Assembly (NCBI GenBank): GCA_030390025.1
Contig: CM059431.1
Location: 132,930,001 to 132,994,000 of the forward strand
Length of the DNA: 64,000 nucleotides
Source: Squalus acanthias
Lineage: Eukaryota
Direction: 5' to 3'
A model generated the notes under the pieces. That model did no database searches. It saw only the letters and a program-made list of their open reading frames with translations, and was not told the origin of the DNA. Made by a program: the position numbers and the translations under genes. Shown in pieces: positions 24,611 to 38,137 of this stretch. Numbering within the stretch: the first letter of the stretch is position 1; every line of letters begins with the position of its first letter.

Positions 24611-26281
24611 CTAGGAATGAGGTTCTGCTGAGGGAGTTTGAGGAGCTAGGATCCAAATTAAAAAGCAGAACCTCAAAGGTAATAATCTCTGGATTGTTAT
24701 CTGAGCCACGCGCAAATTGGCATAGGGACAAACAGATTGGAGGTTTAAATGCATGGCTCAAAGAGTGGTGTGGGAGGAAGGGATTTCAGTTCATGGGGCA
24801 CTGGGGAAAGTGGGAGCTGTTCCGTTGGGATGGGCTCCACTTAAACCGGGCTGTGACTAGTATCCTGGCGAACTGAATAACTAGGGCAGTAGACAGGGCT
24901 TTAAACTAATGAATTGGGGGGGGCGCGGGGTGGGAGGATTCAGGAAAGAGTAAATTTAAAAGCAGCGAGAGAAATGTCAAGACTCTAGAGCAGAGTAGTT
25001 TTGGGTAAAAATAAGCAGAGTGGGTCAGGAAGGGACAGAGAGAGTAACAAAGGTAATAAGGCATCAGTGAATAAGGTGACATCAAGGAAAAATATAAGTC
25101 AAAGCTAAAGGCACTATATCTGAATGCATGAAGCATTCACAACAAAATAGATGAATTAATAGCGCAGATAGAAATTAATAGGTTTGATCTAATAGCCATT
25201 ACGGAGACGTGGTTGCAATGTGGCCAAGGTTGGGATCTAAATATTCCAGGATACTTAACTTTTAGAAGAGACAGGCAAAATGGAAAAGGAGGAGGGTTAG
25301 CCCTGATAATAAAGGATGGGATAAAGACAGCAGAGAGAAAGGATCTTAGCTCCGAAAATCAAGAAGTAGAATCAGTTTGGGTGGAGCTAAGAAACAGCAA
25401 GGGGCAGAAAACATTGCTGGGAGTTGTTTATAGGCCCCTGAACAGTAGTTGTAATGTAGGGCAGAGTATAAATCAGGAAATTAGAGGCGCATGTAACAAG
25501 GGTAATACAATAATCATGGGGGACTTTAATCTACATATAGGCTGGGCAAACCAAATTGCAGTAATAGTGTGGAGGACGAATTCATGGAATGTATGCAAGA
25601 TAGTTTTCTAGATCAGTATGTTGAGGAACCAACTAGGGAACAGGCTATTTTAGATCTAGTATTGTGCAACAAGAAAGGGTTAATTAATAACCTTGTAGCA
25701 AAGGGGCCTTTAGGGAAGAGTGACCATAATATGATAGAATTTTATATTGAGTTTGAAAGTGATTTAGTTAAATCCGAAACTAGGGTCTTAAATCTAAACA
25801 AAGCAAACTACGTAGGTATGAGGGGCAAGCTGGCTAAGGTAGATTGGAAAATTACATTAAAAGGTATGATGGTAAACAAGCAATGGCTAGCATTTAAAGA
25901 ATTAATACATCATTTACAACAAATATACATTCCTTTAAGGCACAAAAACCCCACAGGAAAAATGGTACAACCGTGACTAACAAGAGAAGTTAAAGATAGT
26001 ATTAGATCAAAGGAAGAGGCTTATAATGTTGCCAAAAAGAGTCATAAGCCTACGGATTGGGAGGATTTTAAAATTCAGCAAAGGAGGACCAAGAAATTGA
26101 TAAAGAAAGGGAAAATAGAATATGAGAGTAAACTAGCGAGAGACATAAAAACAGACTGTAAAAGCTTCTGTATGTAAAAAGGAAAAGATTAGCAAAAGTA
26201 AATGTGGGTCCCTTACAGGCTGAGACAGGAGAAATTATAATGGGGAATAAGGAAATGGCAGAGAATTTAAACAAATACTTT
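24611..26281 (+). mobile_element. CR1 LINE, 5' part: ORF1 SGNH-esterase C-terminus and ORF2 APE endonuclease (degraded)
   Basis: KVIISGLL...DGLHLN (esterase); LYLNA, IMGDFN, LGKSDH (APE); continues at 31552. Confidence 0.92.
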
Positions 26282-26519
26282 GGCTGCGATGTTATTGGAG
26301 GAGGTGGGTTGGAGTCGGGTTGCCTGGTGGGCGGGTTCCGGTCCCGCTGCAGGTTTCAGCCACTCCCGAATAACGATTTTACATTATGTGGCTCAATGAG
26401 TGGGAGTGGGTCTGATGCTGGCCTCTGCTGATGTCATTCGTTCAGTAGTTTTTAAGGGGCCCATGTAGCCTTAGCTGCTCATTTCGTTTGTGCGGCTCGG
26501 GAAATCGGCCCAGGTCACC

Positions 26520-29500
26520 ATGACTGCTGCAAGAGCAAAGGCTGCTCCTCGTTTTGCTGAAGATTCCCTCCAAGCTCTTGTGGAGGGAGTAAGAGGGCGC
26601 AGGGAGATTCTGTTCCCTCCCGATGGCCGGAGGAAGCCTCCTCAGCAGACAAAGGCAGCCTGGCTGAAAGTTGCTGAGGAGGTCAGCGCAAGGTCCTTAT
26701 GCTCACGCACATGGGTACAGTGCTGAAAACGGTTCAATGATCTTCTGCACTCAGCAAAAGTGAGTGCCACATCACACGTACCTTTAATCTGCTTCCCTTC
26801 TCTTCTCATCACAGCACTCTGCATTGTCAGCCTGCTCCTCCACATCCCACCTTACCCTTACTTCCCTTGCACCCTTACCTATCCCTCTCTCTCTGTAATG
26901 AATCACTGCACCATCCCACTATGCACCCCTCACACTTGCTCTCACTGTTATGCAATGACAACAACTAACAACGCACAGGGAGGCACCTTCCTCTTGCCAC
27001 CTCACTCCATCTTGGTCTCCCTCTAAGCTTCTAGAATCATAGGATCATAGAAAGTTACAGCACGGAAGGAGGCCATTTCGGCCCATCGTGTCCGCGCCGG
27101 CCAACAAAGAGCTATCCAGCCTAATCCCACTTCCCAGCTCTTGGTCCATAGCCCTGCAGGTTAGAGCATCCCAAGTGCACATCCCAGTACTTTTTAAATG
27201 TGGTTAGGGTTCCTGCCTCTACCACCCTTTCAGGCAGTAAGTTCCAGACCCCCACAACCCTCTGGGTGAAGAAATTTCCCCTCAAATCCCCTCTAAACCT
27301 TCCACCAATTACTTTAAATCTGTGCCCCCTGGTTTTTGACCCCTCTGCTAAGGGAAATAGGTCCTTTCTATCCACTTTATCTATGCCCCTCATAATTTTA
27401 TACACCACAATAAGGTCTCCCCTCAGCCTCCTCTGTTCCAAGGAAAACAGACCCAGCCTATCCAATCTTTTCTCATAGCTAAGATTCTCTACTCCCGGCA
27501 ACATTCTTGTAAATGTCCTCTGTACCCTCTCTAGTGCAATCACATCTTTCCTGTAATGTGGTGACCAGAACTGCACGCAGTACTCTAGCTGAGGCCTAAC
27601 TAGTGTTTTATACAGTTGAAACATAAGCCCCCTGCTCTTGTATTCTATGCCACGGCTAATAAAGGCAAGCATTCCGTATGCCTTCTTAACCACCTTATCT
27701 ACTTGGCCTGCTACATTCAGGGATCTGTGGACATGCACTCCAAGGTCCCTTTGTTCCTCTACGCTACTCAGTATCCTACCATTTAATGTGTATTCCCTTT
27801 CCTTGTTAGCCCTCCCCAAATGCATTACCTCACACTTCTCCGGATTGAATTCCATTTGCCACTGTTCTGCCCACCTGACCAATTTATTGATATCTTCCTG
27901 CAGTCTACAGCTTCCTTCTTCAGTATCAACCACACAGCCGATTTTAGTATCATATGCAAACTTCTCAATCATACCCCCTATATTCAAGTCAAGATCGTTG
28001 ATATATACCACAAAAAGCAAGGGACCTATTACTGAGCCCTGCGGAACCCCACTGGAAACAGCCTTCCAGTCACAAAAACACCCATCAACTATTACCCTCT
28101 GCTTCCTGTCTCCGAGCCAGTTTTGAATCCAACTTGACACTTTGCCCTGGATCCCATGGGTTTTTAACTTTGTGACCAGTCTGCCATGTGGAACCTTATC
28201 AAAAGCCTTGCTAAAGTCCATATACACTACATCAAACGCACTACCCTCATCTACCCTCCATGTTACCTCCTCAAAAAATTCAGTCAAGTTTGTCAGACAC
28301 GACCTTCCCTTAACAATCCCTTAACAAATCCGTGCTGACTATCCTTGATTAATCCGTGTCTTTCTAAATGAAGATTTATCATTTCCTTCAGAATTCTTTC
28401 CAATAATTTTCCCACCACTGAGGTTAGGCTGACTGGCCTGTAATTACTCGGTCTATCCTTTTCTCCCTTTTTAAACTGTTATGGAGGATAGTTAAGGATT
28501 CTTCACAGTCACTCTATCAATCTCGCTGAAACTCCACTTGTTTCCCTCCTTGCAGGAAAAGATAGCCCACAATAAGAGGGAGAGAGGGAGGACAGGAGGA
28601 GGGCCACCATCCCTGGCAACTTTGACAAGCGCTGAGGAGGCTGCTCACGACATCGTGGGAGGTGGCGAGGAGCTGGAAGTGGGGGACGGAGAGACGGGCG
28701 CAGTAGAGGAAGCTGCTGACAGAATAGATTTGCAACCCTCTCAGTTAGATTGCATGATTGACTGAAATGGCAAATGATGTTCATACAGATTGACGATAGG
28801 ATGTGTCTGCTACCTCCAAATCTGATGTCTAACTTATGTCTTTACTTTCCCACAGGATCATCAAGAGCCCCCCTCCCCATTGTCCAGGAGGAAGAGCCGG
28901 ACGACTCCTCAGAGGAAGCTGCAGCCTCTGAGGTAGCAGCGTCACCAGAACTCAGTGCATCCAACACCAGCGCAGATACACGCACCTCGACGGGTCCTTC
29001 ACGATGTAGAGTAGTGTTGTCACCTGGTGTATCACAGCTCACAAGTGAGCATCAGCAGATGGTGGAGACAGCGACAGCAGAGGAGAGTCCTCGTCGGAGG
29101 TCGCAGGATGCTCTGAGATCTGCTCAGCTGCATGTAGACGCTGTGCCTCTGGGGCCATCCAGAAAGAGAGCGGTGCTGGTACTCCAGGAACAAGTGCAGG
29201 AGTCTCTGACAGGGTTTGCATCCACAGTAACTGTGAGTGTGCATGGAATGGAGGAGTCCATCACAAACATGAGCACTGCCGCGGTGAACGCAATGGCGAA
29301 TGAATGTGCCGCCATGGAAAGGATGGCAACCACCATGGAGGACATAAATTGCCAGACTCAACAGAGCATGGTGACCCTTCTAAATAGAAGGTCTGCTATG
29401 GAGGATAGATGGGCATCTATTGAGGAGAGGCACCAGAGGTACATGGACGTCCCTGTTATGAGGACTGTCAGTACAGAGCTGGGTCCTCATGTCCCCACTG

Positions 29501-29871
29501 ATGTGCAGCAAGGTGCTCTCCAGCCACTTGCTAGCAGTGAAGTGCGGGTGACCCATGAGAGGGATGTTGGTGATCGACAACAAGGAAGTATGGGCTCCTC
29601 TCCAAGTGCTCACATGACCATGCCACTGTGGAGCCCTCGGTCAGAGCCCCAGATCCCGCACCCAACTGAGATGGTCGTCTCAGCCCCTGCACAGCCGCAG
29701 GAAGAGCAGACTGTTGCGGAGCTCGCCCAGGCTCCCAAACCCAGAGGACGCTTGCCAAAGGCGTCTAAGCAGGCCCAGCATAGAAGTGGACAAGGTGCCT
29801 CTACATCTGCTGAAGCCACCGGGGAAGCACCACGTAGAAGCACGTGTAAGAGAAAGTCAACACACAAATAG
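26520..29871 (+). pseudogene. Harbinger Myb/SANT-like partner gene, exons 26520-26759, 28556-28715, 28856-29871
   Basis: MTAARAKAAPRFAEDSLQALVEGV...W..VAEEV...RTWVQC*KRFNDL; exon 2 EKIAHNKRERGRTGGG; splice phases join in frame; one premature TGA, and the second donor reads CT instead of GT. Confidence 0.88.
27031..28476 (-). mobile_element. 5'-truncated CR1 LINE (RT and C-terminus; ORF 27121-28287) in intron 1 of the Myb-like gene
   Basis: YMDFSKAFDKVPH, GVPQGSVIGP, KFAYDTK; AATCATAG tail. Confidence 0.95.
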
Positions 29872-29969
29872 TCACAAGGGTAGTCACTTGGGTGTTTTGA
29901 TATAAAACAAAGTGAAGATTGTCATCGTTATTTCAAGTGTAATAAAGAGATGCGATAGCAAAGCTTCAA

Positions 29970-31026
29970 AGCGTTGGCCTATGTGTGCTCAGAAATGTAA
30001 GTATCACAGTGAGGGGTCAGGGCGCCTTTCATGTGTAATGATGGTGGTGAGAGTGATAGGAAACCACAGTGCCACGCTGCTGTGCGATATTTTGCAGGGC
30101 ACAGCAGACGACGAGGATTCTGATGCATCTGGTGGAAATGTGGCTCACATTGTAGCGCTCCTCAGCCTCGTTTGATGGCCTCCTCATCGGTGTCATTAGC
30201 CACTTTTTCAGGGGATAGCCCTTGTCTCCAAGTAGCCATCCAGAAAGTTGTCTTGGCGGATTGAAGAGCTGAGGCACAGTAGACTGCCGAAGGATGAACG
30301 AGTCATGGCAACTGCCAGGGAACTTGGCGCAAACATGCATAATGTTCTTCCTGTGGTTACACACCAACTGGACGTTAAGTGAGTGGAAGCCCTTGCGGTT
30401 CACAAATACAGCTGGGTTGTGATGGGGTGCCCTAATGGCCACATGTGTGCAGTCTACGATGCCCTGCACCCTTGGGAAGCCTGCCATATTTGCAAAGCCA
30501 ACCGCACGCACAGTTACACTTCCTTCATCCGTGGAGAAGTGGATGTAATTGTGGGCCTTTGCAAAGAGGGCATCGGTAACCTGCGTGATGCAACAGTGGG
30601 CAGCCGACTGGGAGATGCCGCTGATGAGCCCTGGAAGGAGCCCGAAGCAAAGAAGTTGAGTGCAGTGGTGACCTTGACAGCTACTGGTAAGGAGTGTCCA
30701 CCCACACCTCTGGGCTCCAGGTGTTGGTGCAGCATTGCGCAGATGTCAGCGACTATGTCTCATGAAAGTCTCAGCCTCCTTTGGCACTGCTGCTCACTCA
30801 TGTTGAGGAAGCTCATCCTCGGCCTGTAAACCCTGTGTTGGGGGTAGCTCCTGCAGCGAGCTGCAGCCCTGCCCTGACGCCCTCTGCCCTGTGCATCATC
30901 AGGTGGGTGAGGAGAAGGTTGGCGCTCCTGATGTTGGTGCTGCTGCTGTGCCTGGTTGTGCTGCTGCTGCGGCTGCTCTTCCTCCGAATCTGGCGACCAG
31001 GATGAGAGGATATAAATGGTTCCCAT
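29970..31026 (-). pseudogene. Harbinger DDE transposase, frameshifted, with an internal deletion removing the Glu-containing segment
   Basis: [50 protein letters not shown]. Confidence 0.9.
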
Positions 31027-31551
31027 TCCGTTAGTATATATCTCGGTTGAGGAATAGAGGTTGCAAGCGCTCAGTCAAAGAGGCCAATGGATATTCCAAG
31101 GAGGTCACACTGTAGATGGATCTCAGGTTGAACACTCACAAGATCAGTTAGCCAAAACCTCAAAGCACTAAGTTGTGGCATCTGAAACTCAGCCATGTTG
31201 TAGGACCGCTTTTAAGCTGCAGTAGCAGCTGTCAACAATTCAGGTCCTTGCTAAACCCGGCACATTGCAGCTGGCGTGTTTGTCGGACGATGGGCAACAC
31301 GCAGAAAATGCTCCAAAATCAGAATAGGCAATTAAAATAAGATTATCCTGGCAGTTAACAAGCTGTTAACTGCCTTAAGTGCCTCTCCCGCTGTTTGGTG
31401 TCAGGTCTCATCGGGACTCGCAGACCCAACACTTGGTAAAGTAGCGTGGAGGCGGGATGATGGCAGGTTCGCATCACGCCGTCAATCATTTAGCTTTTTA
31501 CTCCCGACCCACCTCCAAACCCGCCCTCTGAGCACCGGCAAATTCGTGGCC

Positions 31552-33285
31552 TTTGTGTCTGCCTTCACGGAAGAAGACGCAAAAACCTTCCCGGAAATAG
31601 TGGAGAACCAAGGCTGTAGCGAGAATGAGGAACTGAAAGAAATTACTATTAGTAAAAAAATAGTACTGGAGAAATTAATGGGACTGAAAGTCGATAAATC
31701 CCTGGGGCCTGATGGCCTACATCCTAGGCTTTAAAAGAGTTGGCTATAGAAATAGTGGCTGCATTGGTTGTCAATTACCAAAATTCCATAGATTCTAGAA
31801 TGGTTCCCGCGGATTGGAAGGTAGCAAATGTAACCCCACTATTTAAGAAAGGAGGGAGAGAGAAAACGAGGAACTACAGAGCAGTTAGCCTGACATCAGT
31901 AGTAGGGAAAATGTTAGAATCTATTATTAAGGACGTGGTAACAGGGCACTTAGAAAATAATAATAGAATTGGGCAGAGTCAACACGGATTTATGAAAGGG
32001 AAATCATGTTTGATGAATCTGTTACAGTTTTTTGAGGTTGTAACTAGCAGAATAGATAAGGGGGATCCAGTGGATGTGGTGTATTTGGATTTTCAGAAGG
32101 CATTCGGTAAGGTGCCACACAAGAGGTTATTAAACAAAATTAGGGCTCATGGGATTGAGTGTAATATACTAGCATGGATTGAGGATTGGTTAACGGACAG
32201 AAAACAGAGAGTAGGAATAAACGGGTCATTTTCTGGTTGGCAGGCTGTAACTAGTGGGGTACCGCAAGTATCATTGCTTGGGCCTCAGCTATTCACAATC
32301 TACATCAATGATTTGGATGAGGGGACCAAATGTAATATATCCAAGTTTGCTGATGATACAAAGCTAGGTGGGAATGTAAGTTGTGAGGAGGATGCAAAGA
32401 GGTTTCAAGGGGATATAGACAGCCTAAGTGAGTGGGCAAGAACATGGCAAATGGAATATAATGTGGAGAAATGTGAAGTTATCCACATTGGTAGAAAAAA
32501 TAGAAAAGCAGAGTATTTTTTAAATGGTGAGAGATTGGGAAATGTTGGTGTTCAGAGGGACCTGGGTGTCCTTGTACAAGAATCACTGAAAGTTAACATG
32601 CAGGTACAGTAAGCAATTAGGAAAGCAAATGGTACGTTGGCCTTTATTACAAGAGGATTTGAGTATACGAGTAAAGACGCCTTACTGCAATTATATGGGG
32701 CCCTTCTGAGACCACACCTGGATTGTTGTGTACAGTTTTGGTCTCCTTACCTAAGGAAGGATATACTTGCCATAGAGGGAGTGCATTGAAGGTTCACCAG
32801 ACTCATTCCTGGGATGGGGGGATTGTCCAATGAGGACAGATTGAGTAGACTAGGCCTATATTCTCTAGAGTTTAGAAGAATGAGAGGTGATCTCATTGAA
32901 ACATACAAAATTCTTACAGGGCTTGACAGGGTCAATGCAGGGAGCATGTTTCCCCTGGCTGGGGAGTCTAGAACCAGGGGTCACAATCTCAGAATAATGG
33001 GTCGGCAATTTAGGACTAAGCTGAGGAGAAATTTCTTCACTCAGAGGGTGGTGAATCTTTGGAATTCTCTTCCCCAGAGGACTGTGGAGGCTCAGTCGTT
33101 GAGTATATTCAAGACAGAGATCGATAGATTTTTGGATATTTAGGAAATCAAGGGATATGGGGATAGTGCGGGAAAGTGGAGTTGAGGTAGAAGATCAGCC
33201 ATGATCTTATTGAATGGTGGAGCAGGCTCGAGGGGCCAAATGGCCTACTCCTGCTCCTATTTCTTATGTTCTTATGTACTTATGT
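31552..33285 (+). mobile_element. CR1 LINE, 3' part (RT domain and 3' UTR), continuation of 24611-26281
   Basis: [27 protein letters not shown] tail; several stops. Confidence 0.95.
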
Positions 33286-33413
33286 TTCCGCAGATCTTCT
33301 GCCAAAGTTACGGTCGACAATCGGAAGAAACCCCATGGAAATTCAAGCAATTATATTTATAGTTTATGCTTTTTGTCTGCCAATCAGGTATGTCAAAATA
33401 AATATACTTGTAG

Positions 33414-36400
33414 TTTTTTTTTATTAGTTCCTGGGATGTGGGCGTCGCTGGCTAGGCCAGCATTTATTACCCATCCCTAATTGCCCTTGAGAAGGTGGTG
33501 GTGAGCCGCTTCTTGAACTGCTGCAGTCCGTGTGGTGAAGGTACTCCCACTGTGATGTTAAGGAGAGAGTTCCAGGATTTTGACCCAGCGACGATGAAGG
33601 ATCGGCAATATATTTCCAAGTCAGGATGGTGTGTAACTTGGAGGGGAACTTGGAGGTAATGATGTTCCCATGCGCCTGCTGCCCTTGTCCTTCTAGGTGG
33701 TAGATGTCGCGGGTTTGGGAGGTGCTGCTGAAGAAGCCTTAGCGAGTTGCTGCAGTGCATCTTGTAGACACTGCAGCCACGGTACGCCGGTGGTGGAGGG
33801 CATGAATATTTAAGGTTGTGGATGGGGTGCTAATCAAGCGGGCTGCTTTATCCTGGATGGTGTCGAGCTTCTGGAGTGTTGTTGGAGCTGCACTCATCCA
33901 GGCAAGTGAAGAGTATTCCATCACACTCCTGACTTGTGCCTTGTAGATAGTGGAAATGCTTTGGGTAGTCAGCAGGTGAGATACTCAACGCAGAATACCT
34001 AGCCTCTGACCTGCTCTTGTAGCCACAGTATTTATATGGCTGGTCCAGTTAAGTTTCTGGTCAATGGTGACCCCCAGATGTTGATGGTGGGGGATTCGGC
34101 GATGGTAATGCCGTTGAATGTCATGGGGAGGTGGCTAGACACTCTCTTGTTGTAGATAGTCATTGCCTGGCAGTCATCAGCGAACATCCCCACTTCTAAC
34201 CTTATGATAGAGGGAAGGTCATTGATGAAGCAGCTGAAGCTGGTTGGGCCTAGGACACTGCCCTGAGGAACTCCGGCAGCGATGTCCTGGGGCTGTGATG
34301 GTTGATCTCCAACAACCACAACCATCTTCCTTTGGGCTAGGTATGACTCCAGTCAGTGGACAGTTTTCCCCGTGAATCCCATTGACTTCAGTTTTACTAG
34401 GGCTCCTTGATGCCACACTCAGTCAAATGCTGCCTTGATGTCAAGGACAGTCACTCTCACCTCACCTCTGGAATTCAGCTCTTTTGTCCATGTTTGGACC
34501 AAGCCTGTAATGTGGTCTAGATCCGAGTGGTCCCGGCGGAACCGAAACTGGGCATTGGTGAGCAGGTTATTAGTGAGTAAGTGTCGCTTGATAGCACTGT
34601 CAACGACACCTTCCATCACTTTGCTGATGATTGAGAGTAGACTGATGGGGTGGTAAGTGGCCGGATTGGATTTGTCCTGCTTTTTGTGGACAGGACATAC
34701 CTGGACAGTTTTCCACATTTTTGGATATATGCCAGTGTTGTAGCTGTACTGGAACAGCTTGGCTAGAGGTGCAGCTAGTTCTGGAGCGCAAGTCTGCAGC
34801 ACAACAGCCAGGATGCTGTCGGGGCCCATAGCCTTTGATGTATCCAGTGCGCTCAGCCATTTCTTGATATCACGTGGAGTGAATCGAATTGGCTGAAGAC
34901 TGGCTTCTGTGATGGTGGGGACCTCAGGAGGAGTTCGATATGGATTTGGCACTTTTGGCTGAAGATGGTTGCAAACGCTTCAGCCTTGTCTTTTGCATTC
35001 ACGTGCTGGGCTCCACCATCACTGAGGGTGGGGATATTCATGGAGCCTCCTCCTCCCGTTAGTTGTTTAATGGTCCATCACCATTCACAACTGGATGTGG
35101 CAGAACTGCAGAGCTTTGATCTGATCCGTTGATTGTGGGATCGCTTAGCTCTCTCTATAGCATGCTGCTTCCGCTGTTTAGCATGCATTTAGTCCTGTGT
35201 TGCAGCTTCCCCAGGTTGGTACCTCATTTTTAGGTACGTGTGTTGCTGCTCCTGGCATGCTCTTCTGCACTCCTTATTGAACCAGGGTTGGTCCCCTGGC
35301 TTGATGGTAATGGTAGAGTGAGGGATATGCTGGACCATGAGGTTACAGATTGCGGTGAAATACAATTCTGTTGCTGCTGCTGGTGGCCCACAGCGCCTCA
35401 TGGATTCCCAGTTTTGAGCTGCTAGATCTGTTCTGAATCTATCCCATTTAGCACTGTGGTAGTGCCACACAACACGATGGAGGGTGTTCTCAGTGTGAAG
35501 ACGGGACTTCGTCTCCACAATGACTGTGCGGTGGTCACTGCTATCAATGTTGTCATTTACAAATGCATCTGCGACAGGTAGATTGGTGAGGACGAGGTCA
35601 AGTAGGTTTTTCCCCTCGTGTTGGTTCTCTCACCACCTGTCACAGGCCCACATGGCAGCTATGTCCTTCAGGACTCGGCCAGCTCAGTCAGTAGTGGTGC
35701 TACCGAGCCACTCTTTGTGATGGACATTGAAGTCCCCCACCCAGAGTACATTCTGTGCCCTTACTGCTATCATTACTTCTTCCAAGTAGTGTTCAACATG
35801 GAGGAGTACTGATTCATCAGCTGAGGGAGGGCAGTAGGTGGTAATCAGCAGGAGCTTTCCTTGCCCATGCTTGACCTGAAGCCATGAGACTTCATGGGGT
35901 CCGGAGTCAATGTTGAGGACTCCCAGGGCCACTCCTTCCCGATTGTATACCACTGTGCTGCCACCTCTAGTTGGTCTGTCCTGCCGGTGGGACAGGACAT
36001 ACCCAGGGATGGTGATGGAGGAGTATGGGACATTGGCTGAAAGGTATGATTCTGTGAGTATGACTATGTCAGGCTGCTGCTTGACTAGTCTGCGGGACAA
36101 CTGTCCCAATTCTGGCACAAGTCCCCAGATGTTCGTGAGGAGGCCTTTGCAGGGTCGACTGGGCTGGGTGTGCCATTGTCGTACCCGTAGCCGGTGCCGA
36201 GGTCGATGCCGGGTGGTCCGTCCGGCTTTGTTCTTCTTACTGTTTTTCCTGCTTGCTAGGTAATTTCAGAGGGCAGTTAAGAGTCAACCACATTGCTGTG
36301 GGTCTGGAGTCACATATAGGCCAGACCAGGTAAGGACAGCAGATTTCTTTCCCGAAAGGACATTAGTGAACCAGATGGGATTTTACGACAATCCGATATT

Positions 36401-36635
36401 TCTTCCTCATGTGCTCCCACAACCTATGGAAATAGGAGACAGTGCTTGCTCAGTGAGCCATCTCATTCCATTTCATGGTTTCATGGTCACCATTACTGAT
36501 ACCAGTTTTTTACTCCAGATTTATTTAATTAACTGAATTTAAGTTCCCCAGCTGTCGTGGTGGGATTTGAACTCATGTCCCATGATCATTATTCTAGGTC
36601 TCTGGATTACTAGTCCAGTAACATAACCACTATGG
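33414..36635 (-). mobile_element. CR1/L2-group LINE family 2 (APE-RT, degraded) with a tRNA-like 5' head and A-rich 3' end
   Basis: PDIVILTESYL and WVGDFN (APE); [23 protein letters not shown] (RT); 3' GCTGGCCTAGCCAGC hairpin then AATAAAAAAAA; head at ~36550-36635. Confidence 0.9.
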
Positions 36636-36929
36636 TCCATATGAAACATTCAGTACGAAACATCTGTTGATAGTGTTCTACATTCTATATTACCACATGA
36701 TAGTTGTTTGACTCTCTGCATTAACTTTTTTGTCAATACATAGACAATTCTTTCAAGCCTTTACAGATAGATCAGTAGAGAAATATTTGCATTGGTGGCT
36801 TAACCTGAGACCGATTTATTGATTATTTAATAATTCATATCTGCTGGAGTAATTAAGAAAACTCAATTGGCTGCTGATTGCCTCTTTTAAATGCAACATT
36901 AACTTTTAGCTGAAAATACTCGAACATCA

Positions 36930-37570
36930 TGCAGACAGAGGGAAGTGTAGGGAGAACTCCTCCCTGCGATAAATGGGCCCTAGACATTTTGCTGGAGGAG
37001 GTGAAACAAAGGTCGATAGCCATTATTTGGGTCGACGGGCACCTTTTTTTGATCAGAAATGTGTAGTAGGCATGGAATGAGATGGTTCACTGAGCAAGCA
37101 CTGTCTCCATTTCCATAGGTTGTGGGAGCACGAGGAAGACATTTTCAGAGCTTAAGAAAATTCCAAAAATTAATGGCCAGAGGGTGCCGACTCAAAATAT
37201 ATGCCCAAACTATGCAAGTCAGAAACACTTAAATCCCAACCTGTTGCTGCATCACCAGGTAGCATGGGAAGCTGTAATACAACCAATCTGTTCTATACTA
37301 CATGCACTCCAATGCCCATATGACTGCAGGTTACACTTTATGCCTGGCACTGAAATATGCAGATAATGTCTCACAAATTTATCTAGTAGTTCCCCCAATG
37401 CACATTGTCACTAGAAATGACTTGCATGCTGCATTATCCTGCATTCACACATGGTGAGATGAAAGCTAGACACTGAGGTGTTATTCTTTGGTTTTCTATG
37501 TTCTAACATTTATGTTTCATATCTGTATGCAGGAGAATATGGTCCATAATCACTACAAAAGAGTTAGTAC
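36930..37570 (+). pseudogene. Old Harbinger Myb-like gene remnant (exon 1, intron, start of exon 2)
   Basis: GCAG|GAGAATATGGTCCATAATC equals the exon-2 start; the intron matches the reverse complements of 44290-44343 and 47490-47525. Confidence 0.55.
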
Positions 37571-37574
37571 TAGC

Positions 37575-37745
37575 ACAAGAGATTATTAGGAAAAATGAGA
37601 GCGCACAGAATTGGAGGTAACCTTGTAACATGGGTCACCTTGGTTGTGAGGTAGGAAACAGAGTCAGGATAAACGATTCATTCTCTGATTGGTGGGATGT
37701 GACAAGTAATGCTCCCCAGGAATATGGACTGGAGACCACTCAACA
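37575..37745 (+). mobile_element. Degraded CR1 RT fragment
   Basis: Similar to 32120-32300 (RLLGKMRAHRIGGN). Confidence 0.6.
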
Positions 37746-38137
37746 GACATGAAGAAGCTGTCCTATCAATTAATAATGGTAAGCGTTTTGCATTTTGACA
37801 AGTGATGGGTTGCTTATTTAAAAGATATGGGCCTGAAGTTCCATGATCTTTTTGGAACAAAAGTGGAGTTGTTCTGGTGTAGGTGACTGAATTTGGGGTG
37901 CAAGTCAAATTTGGCAGAGTTATGCCTAGTCTAAAATACACAATAAATTCTAATGGAACTGGGTGCTAGCGGAAGATGCACATGTCCCCAAAGTATGCAC
38001 CGATGCAAATGATGGGATAATGAGGGCAAAACCTGCTGTAACAGAAATTCCACCATTTACAATACACCTGACTCAAATAATTCTTGTAGAAAAGAGGGGT
38101 AAGTTACCTGCACGAGTTGTCAAATCAGAAACTGGTT

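Larger units (their letters stand above)
26282..31551. mobile_element. Two-gene PIF/Harbinger transposon (element F) inserted in CR1 ORF2
   Basis: TSD TTT; removing the element restores CR1 KYFVSAF; termini GGCTGCGAT / ATTCGTGGCC; convergent Myb-like and transposase genes. Confidence 0.92.
24526..33348. mobile_element. Fold-back MITE split into halves (24526-24610 and 33286-33348) by a CR1 insertion
   Basis: TTCTTCTGATCGTCCACTGTAACTTCGGCGGAA is the near reverse complement of TTCTGCCAAAGTTACGGTCGACAATCGGAAGAA; termini TTGAATTTC / GAAATTCAA. Confidence 0.7.
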
